Source: Chromatiales bacterium
GTDB taxonomy: Bacteria > Pseudomonadota > Gammaproteobacteria > JAHELT01
DNA: 64,000 nucleotides
Direction of reading: 5' to 3'
NCBI GenBank assembly: GCA_024644045.1
Contig: JAHELT010000007.1
Coordinates: forward strand, 36-64,035
The number at the start of each line of letters is the position of its first letter. The first letter of the stretch is position 1. The notes beneath the pieces were generated by a model. That model was given only the letters and a program-made list of their open reading frames with translations, was not told where the DNA came from and ran no database searches. Of the stretch, positions 58,949-64,000 are shown one piece after another. Position numbers and translations under genes: made by a program.

Positions 58949-59166
58949 GGAGTCTCCGCTGGGGGGTCGCCGCCGGGGCAACGGGCCGCGATTGTATACC
59001 CTAGTGTCCTGTCCCATAAACAAACGCGGGTATTTTCGGGACGGAACAACGGCCCCGGCGCAATCTAAAACGCGCGTCAGCGCAACATTTCGTTTTATAC
59101 TGGTCTTCCAGCACGAAAAAACACGGCGGTCGCACGCCCGATAATTCCGAGAGGAGCCCGAAAGCA

Positions 59167-60219
59167 ATGAAAAAACGCGATTTTCTCAAGACAGCAGGCG
59201 CGGGAGCGGCGGCGGTGGCTGCCACGGCGGTAAACGCACCGTATGTGAAGGCGCAGACGAAAACGCCGATCAAATGGCGCCTGCAGACGTACGCCGGCGG
59301 CCCACTGGCGGAACACGTCATCAAGCCCTCGATCGACAGTTTCAACAAGATCGCCAACGGCGAGATGGTGATCGAGCTGTACACCGCCGATCAGCTGGTG
59401 CCGACCGGCGAGCTGTTCCGGGCGATGCAGAAAGGCACGATCGACGCCGTGCAGAGTGACGACGACTCGATTGCGGCACCGGTCGATATCTCGGTGTTCG
59501 GCGGCTACTTCCCGTTCGCCACGCGCTACAGTCTCGACGTGCCGGTGCTGTTCAATCAGTACGGCCTGCGGGAAATCTGGGAAGAAGCGTACGGCGAGGT
59601 CGAAGGTGTGACCTGGCTCAGCGCCGGTGCCTGGGACCCGTGTCATTTCAATACCGTGGAGCCGATTCGCAGCCTCGCCGACCTGAAGGGCAAACGCGTA
59701 TTTACGTTTCCGACCGCCGGCAAATTCCTGTCACGCTTCGGCGTCGTGCCGGTAACCCTGCCCTGGGAAGACATCGAGGTCGCGGTTCAGACCGGCGAGC
59801 TGGACGGCATCGCCTGGTCTGGTATCACCGAGGACTACACGGTTGGCTGGGCGGACGTCACCAACTATTTTCTGACCAACAACATTTCCGGCGCCTGGTG
59901 CGGGTCGTACTTTGCGAACAGCAACTCGTGGAATTCGCTGCCGGCGCATCTGCAGGAACTGTTCCGCGTCTGCATGGACAGCTCGCACTACTATCGCCAG
60001 CACTGGTACTGGGGCGGTGAAGCGCATCTGCGTACCAAGGGCACTAAACTGAAACTCACGTCCATTCCTGACAACGAGTGGGAAAAAGTGGAAGAAGAAG
60101 CGAAGAAGTTCTGGGACGAGATTGCCAAGACCAGCCCGCGAGCGGCCAAGGTGATCGCTATCTTCAAAGAGTATGCGGCGGTGATGGCGAAAGCCGGGCG
60201 TCCTTACCGATACGCCTGA
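59167..60219 (+). CDS. dctP: TRAP transporter substrate-binding protein (DctP family) with Tat signal
   Basis: GAGGAG RBS. MKKRDFLKTAGAGAAAVAATAV twin-arginine signal. DctP-fold length of 350 aa. Confidence 0.85.
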   Translation: MKKRDFLKTAGAGAAAVAATAVNAPYVKAQTKTPIKWRLQTYAGGPLAEHVIKPSIDSFNKIANGEMVIELYTADQLVPTGELFRAMQKGTIDAVQSDDDSIAAPVDISVFGGYFPFATRYSLDVPVLFNQYGLREIWEEAYGEVEGVTWLSAGAWDPCHFNTVEPIRSLADLKGKRVFTFPTAGKFLSRFGVVPVTLPWEDIEVAVQTGELDGIAWSGITEDYTVGWADVTNYFLTNNISGAWCGSYFANSNSWNSLPAHLQELFRVCMDSSHYYRQHWYWGGEAHLRTKGTKLKLTSIPDNEWEKVEEEAKKFWDEIAKTSPRAAKVIAIFKEYAAVMAKAGRPYRYA

Positions 60220-60338
60220 GCCCGCGGCGATTCCACAGCTTGTTGAATGCTTTTCCCGACGCTTACGCGCCGGGGAAAGCTGGTCTCCGGACGGTGCGCC
60301 CGTAGCGCGGACACCAGCGCCGTAAACGAGAGGATTTC

Positions 60339-60851
60339 TTGCCGAAAGCAATAAAAACCTACGTGCACTATGTGGACGCCATAAACCGGCGACTGGGGCG
60401 GCTGGTCATGTGGATGATCTTCGTCATGATGGGCGTGCTGGTCTACTCGTCCGTTTCCAGAACCTTTTTCGACGTGCCGCTGATCTGGGTGGTCGAGGTC
60501 GCGCAGATGACCATGGCCGCTTACTACCTGCTCGGCGGTGGTTACTCCATGCAGCTTGATTCGCATGTGCGCATGGATCTTCTGTACGGCTCATGGTCCC
60601 CGAAAACCAGGGCCCTCGTCGACGCCATCACCTCGCTTGGTCTGATCTTCTATGTCACCATTCTGCTGTACGGCGGTATTTCGAGCACGCAGTACGCGAT
60701 CGAGTACAACCAGAAAAACTATTCCGTGTGGGCACCACCGATGGCGCCGATAAAAGTCGTGATGACAGTCGGTATTGCCCTGATGCTGCTGCAGGTCATC
60801 TCGACGTTCTTCAAGGACTGGGCGGCCGCCAGAGGGGAGCATCTCGCGTGA
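60339..60851 (+). CDS. dctQ: TRAP transporter small permease (DctQ)
   Basis: 170 aa with four TM helices. Typical DctQ N-terminus (INRRLGRLVMWMIFVMMGVLVYSSVSR). Confidence 0.85.
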   Translation: MPKAIKTYVHYVDAINRRLGRLVMWMIFVMMGVLVYSSVSRTFFDVPLIWVVEVAQMTMAAYYLLGGGYSMQLDSHVRMDLLYGSWSPKTRALVDAITSLGLIFYVTILLYGGISSTQYAIEYNQKNYSVWAPPMAPIKVVMTVGIALMLLQVISTFFKDWAAARGEHLA

Positions 60852-62170
60852 GTTTCGAAGCCATCGCGCTGCTGATGTTCTCCTCGATGATGCTGGCGCT
60901 GCTGACCGGGCAGCGGGTGTTCGGCGCCATCGGCTTCGTGGCCACCTTGTTCGCCCTGCTGCTGTGGGGCGAGGGCGGCATCGAGATGCCGTTCAGCGCC
61001 GCTTTCAAGCTGTTCACCTGGTACCCGCTGCTGACGCTGCCGCTGTTCATCTACATGGGCTACATGCTGTCGGAGTCGGGCATCGCCAGCGATCTGTACC
61101 GCGCCTTCCACGTGTGGTTCGGCCCCCTGAAGGGCGGCCTCGCGGTGGGCACGATCGGTTTGATGGTGGTCATCTCCGCCATGAACGGGTTGAGCGTCGC
61201 CGGCATGGCCATCGGCGCGAGCATCGCACTGCCGGAAATGCTGCGCCGCGGCTACGACAAGATCATGATCACCGGCGTGGTGCAGGCGGGCAGTTCGCTC
61301 GGCATCCTGGTACCGCCCAGCGTGGTGCTGGTGCTGTACGGCATGATCGCGCGTCAGCCGGTCGGCCAGCTGTGGCTGGCGGGGGTGTTCCCGGGCCTGC
61401 TGCTGGCGGGACTGTTCATGCTCTACATCGTCATCCGCTGCCGCCTGCAACCGCACCTGGGGCCACCGCTGCCGGCCGAGGAGCGGCAGATCCCGCTGCG
61501 CGAGAAACTGAGGCTGCTGCAAGCCGGCATCCTGCCGCTGCTGATCTTCTTCTTCATGACCGGGCTGTTCCTGATGGGTATCACCAGCCTGGTCGAGAGC
61601 TCGGCCGTGGGCGCCGCCGCTGCCACGCTGGCGGCGTTGGTGAAGCGCCGGCTCACCGGCCAGGTGCTGGAAGACACGTTGCGTAAATCGCTGGGCGTCA
61701 GCTGCATGTTCATGTGGGTGATTCTCGCGGCACTGTGTTTCGGCGCCGTGTTCGACGGCCTCGGCGCCGTCAAGGCGATAGAGTCGCTGTTCATCGAACG
61801 CTGGGGGCTCAGCCCGTGGGGTGTGCTGATCATGATGCAGTTGTCCTACCTGGTGATGGGCACGTTTCTGGACGATACCGCAATGCTGGTGATCGTCGCC
61901 CCGCTGTACGTGCCGCTGGTGATCGAGCTGGGGTTCGACCCGATCTGGTACGGTGTGCTCTACACGATAACGTGCCAGATCGCCTACATGACCCCGCCGT
62001 TCGGCTACAACCTGTTTCTGATGCGCGCCATGGCGCCCAAAGAAATAACCCTGCTCGATATCTACCGCTCGATCATACCCTTCGTAATGGTGATGCTGAC
62101 CGGTCTGGCGCTGGTCATGGCCTTTCCGCAGATTGCGCTGTGGCTGCCCGAAACGTTCTACGGGCAATGA
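60848..62170 (+). CDS. dctM: TRAP transporter large permease (DctM)
   Basis: GTG start overlapping the dctQ stop (GTGA). ~440 aa polytopic. The track ORF from 60593 is a read-through. Confidence 0.85.
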   Translation: MSFEAIALLMFSSMMLALLTGQRVFGAIGFVATLFALLLWGEGGIEMPFSAAFKLFTWYPLLTLPLFIYMGYMLSESGIASDLYRAFHVWFGPLKGGLAVGTIGLMVVISAMNGLSVAGMAIGASIALPEMLRRGYDKIMITGVVQAGSSLGILVPPSVVLVLYGMIARQPVGQLWLAGVFPGLLLAGLFMLYIVIRCRLQPHLGPPLPAEERQIPLREKLRLLQAGILPLLIFFFMTGLFLMGITSLVESSAVGAAAATLAALVKRRLTGQVLEDTLRKSLGVSCMFMWVILAALCFGAVFDGLGAVKAIESLFIERWGLSPWGVLIMMQLSYLVMGTFLDDTAMLVIVAPLYVPLVIELGFDPIWYGVLYTITCQIAYMTPPFGYNLFLMRAMAPKEITLLDIYRSIIPFVMVMLTGLALVMAFPQIALWLPETFYGQ

Positions 62171-62204
62171 GCTCGAGCGGCTGCAGCAATTGAAGGAGGT
62201 GGCT

Positions 62205-63596
62205 ATGGCCGCGTCGCTCAAAACCGTGTCGCCGGTTGACAACAGTGTCTACGTAGAGCGCGAGTTCGCCGACACCGACGCCGTGGAGCGGGCGCTCGCG
62301 CTCGCCGTCGAAGCTCAGCGGGCGTGGCGGCGAACGCCGGTCGGCGAACGGGCCGCGATCTGCACACGCGCCGTGGACGCCTTCGTCGCCCGCAAGCAAC
62401 AGATCGGCGAGGAGATCGCCTGGCAGATGGGGCGGCCGCTTGCCCAGACGCCGGGGGAAGTAAACGGTTTCGAGGAACGTGCACGTTACATGATCGGGGC
62501 CGCCGAGAGCGCGCTGGCCGACGTCCAGCCCGAGGCGAAGCCCGGCTTCACACGCTTCATTCGCCGCGTACCGCTGGGCGTGGTGTTCACGGTCGCACCC
62601 TGGAACTACCCGTACCTCACGGCAGTGAACTCCATCGTGCCCGCGATCATGGCCGGCAACGCGGTGATCGTGAAACATTCCGCGCAGACGCCGCTGTGCG
62701 CCGAACGCATGTACGAAGCATTCCGGGAAGCCGGGTTGCCGGACGGCGTGTTCGCCTATCTGCATCTCACGCACGCGGTCACGGAACGCGTGATCGGCGA
62801 TCGGCGCATCGATTTCGTGGCCTTCACGGGTTCGGTCGCGGGAGGACACATGGTGCAACGGGCTGCGGCCAGCCGTTTCGTCGGCAGCGGACTGGAACTC
62901 GGCGGCAAGGATCCGGCGTACGTGCGGGCCGACGCCGATCTCGAGCATGCGGTGGCGACGGTGGTGGACGGCGCGTTCTTCAACGCCGGCCAGTCATGCT
63001 GCGGCATCGAGCGCGCCTACGTGGCCGCGGCGATCTTCGATGACTTCGTGGACGCAGCCGTCGCCGAGGTGAACCGTTACGTGCTCGGCGATCCGTTGCA
63101 GTCCGCGACCACGCTCGGACCGATGGTGCGCCTCAGCGCCGCCGAGGCGGTCAGGGCGCAGACCGCCGAGGCGGTCGCCGCGGGCGCGCGCGCATTGATC
63201 GACCCGGGCCGATTCCCCGCTGCCGCGGAAGGCACACCGTACCTCGCGCCGCAGCTGCTGATCGACGTCGACCACAGCATGCGGGTGATGAGCCAGGAAA
63301 CCTTCGGGCCGCTGCTCGGGATGATGCCCGTGCGCAATGACCGGGAGGCCATCGAGCTGATGAACGACAGCGATTACGGCCTGACCGCCGCCGTGTTCAC
63401 ACAGGACACGGCGGCCGCGCTCGACATCGGCGAACAGATAAACACCGGCACCTGGTTCATGAATCGCTGCGACTACCTGGATCCCGCGCTCGCCTGGACC
63501 GGGGTGAAGGATTCGGGCCGCGGCTGCACGCTGTCGCGCATCGGCTATGAGCACCTGACACGACCGAAGTCGTATCACTTGAAAACCGCCCTGTGA
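62205..63596 (+). CDS. NAD(P)-dependent aldehyde dehydrogenase
   Basis: GAAGGAGG RBS before the ATG at 62205. Catalytic Glu region ELGGKDP and Cys region FFNAGQSCCGIER. Confidence 0.85.
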   Translation: MAASLKTVSPVDNSVYVEREFADTDAVERALALAVEAQRAWRRTPVGERAAICTRAVDAFVARKQQIGEEIAWQMGRPLAQTPGEVNGFEERARYMIGAAESALADVQPEAKPGFTRFIRRVPLGVVFTVAPWNYPYLTAVNSIVPAIMAGNAVIVKHSAQTPLCAERMYEAFREAGLPDGVFAYLHLTHAVTERVIGDRRIDFVAFTGSVAGGHMVQRAAASRFVGSGLELGGKDPAYVRADADLEHAVATVVDGAFFNAGQSCCGIERAYVAAAIFDDFVDAAVAEVNRYVLGDPLQSATTLGPMVRLSAAEAVRAQTAEAVAAGARALIDPGRFPAAAEGTPYLAPQLLIDVDHSMRVMSQETFGPLLGMMPVRNDREAIELMNDSDYGLTAAVFTQDTAAALDIGEQINTGTWFMNRCDYLDPALAWTGVKDSGRGCTLSRIGYEHLTRPKSYHLKTAL

Positions 63597-63603
63597 GACT
63601 CCC

Positions 63604-64000
63604 ATGACGCAACTTTCAGGCAACTGGAACTATCCTACCGCGATGCGTTTCGGCGCCGGGCGCATCGTCGAGCTCCCGGGCATCTGCGAGGAGCTCGGCA
63701 TGCGCCGGCCGCTGCTGGTCACTGACCCGGGGCTGGTGGCACTCGACCTGGTACAGAAGGCGATCGGAAACTGCCAGTCGTGCGGCCTGCAGGTGGGCGT
63801 GTTCAGCGACATCAAGGCCAATCCGGTGGGGCGCAACGTCGAAGCCGGCTTGCGCCACCTGCGCGATGGCGCGCACGACGGGGTGATCGTATTCGGCGGC
63901 GGCAGCGCCATGGACGCCGGAAAGACGATCGCCTTCATGGCCGCGCAGCGCCGCCCGGTCTGGGACTTCGAAGACGCGGGCGACAACTGGCGAGCGGCGC
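63604..64000 (+). CDS. Iron-containing alcohol dehydrogenase, N-terminal part (truncated by window end)
   Basis: MTQLSGNWNYPTAMRFGAGRIVELPGICEELGMRRPLLVTDPGL...VIVFGGGSAMDAGK is the Fe-ADH N-terminal signature. Confidence 0.7.
   Translation, partial: MTQLSGNWNYPTAMRFGAGRIVELPGICEELGMRRPLLVTDPGLVALDLVQKAIGNCQSCGLQVGVFSDIKANPVGRNVEAGLRHLRDGAHDGVIVFGGGSAMDAGKTIAFMAAQRRPVWDFEDAGDNWRAA

Noticed and set aside
58958-59167. Upstream ATG start for mobA and N-terminal extension of the 283-aa track ORF
   Set aside because: The extension (RGPLPRRRPPSGDS...) is non-conserved and has no RBS. A TTG with GGAG RBS at 58948 yields a MobA of canonical length. The alternative ATG start at 59017 is still recorded in the feature evidence.
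60719-62242. 507-aa minus-strand ORF antisense to dctM
   Set aside because: Shadow ORF of the TRAP large permease gene. His/Gln/Arg-rich, no domain.

Overview
High-GC (~65-68%) proteobacterial chromosomal segment that is densely coded on both strands. There are no mobile elements, CRISPR arrays, rRNA or tRNA genes. Many long antisense ORFs in the six-frame track are GC-rich shadow ORFs and were ignored.

Gene content from left to right:
- The tail of a sarcosine/serine/glycine operon (soxB fragment, sdaA, glyA).
- A DUF1611 (DgcN-like) gene next to a YejABEF-type peptide ABC importer whose fused double ATPase comes first.
- A REC-PAS-GAF-PAS histidine kinase.
- An ABC-2 exporter pair.
- A LivKHMGF-type importer with an intercistronic terminator hairpin.
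- A ~980-aa FAD/Fe-S (YdiJ-like) oxidase with an AraC regulator.
- Two MFS transporters, a cytoplasmic gamma-glutamyltransferase and SixA.
- An unusual module in which a TMD-NBD ABC protein with every catalytic ATPase motif degenerated is co-transcribed with a stand-alone cNMP-binding protein and a small methyltransferase-like protein.
- Directly beside that module, a six-gene glycoconjugate cluster (2 GT4, a histidine phosphatase, a NodB-type deacetylase, 2 GT-B/GT28-like transferases) followed by a membrane class-III adenylate cyclase.
- An Ala-Glu epimerase, a MATE exporter and a secreted His/Arg/Tyr-rich repeat protein.
- A cobalamin acquisition/salvage island: btuC, a Calx-beta/beta-propeller lipoprotein, btuB with a cobalamin riboswitch, btuD, btuF and the operon mobA-cobU-cobT-cobC-cobS.
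- A TRAP transporter with aldehyde and alcohol dehydrogenases.

The most novel candidates are the catalytically dead ABC/cNMP-binding module with its flanking glycosyltransferase cluster and adenylate cyclase, and the lipoprotein inserted in the btuB locus.
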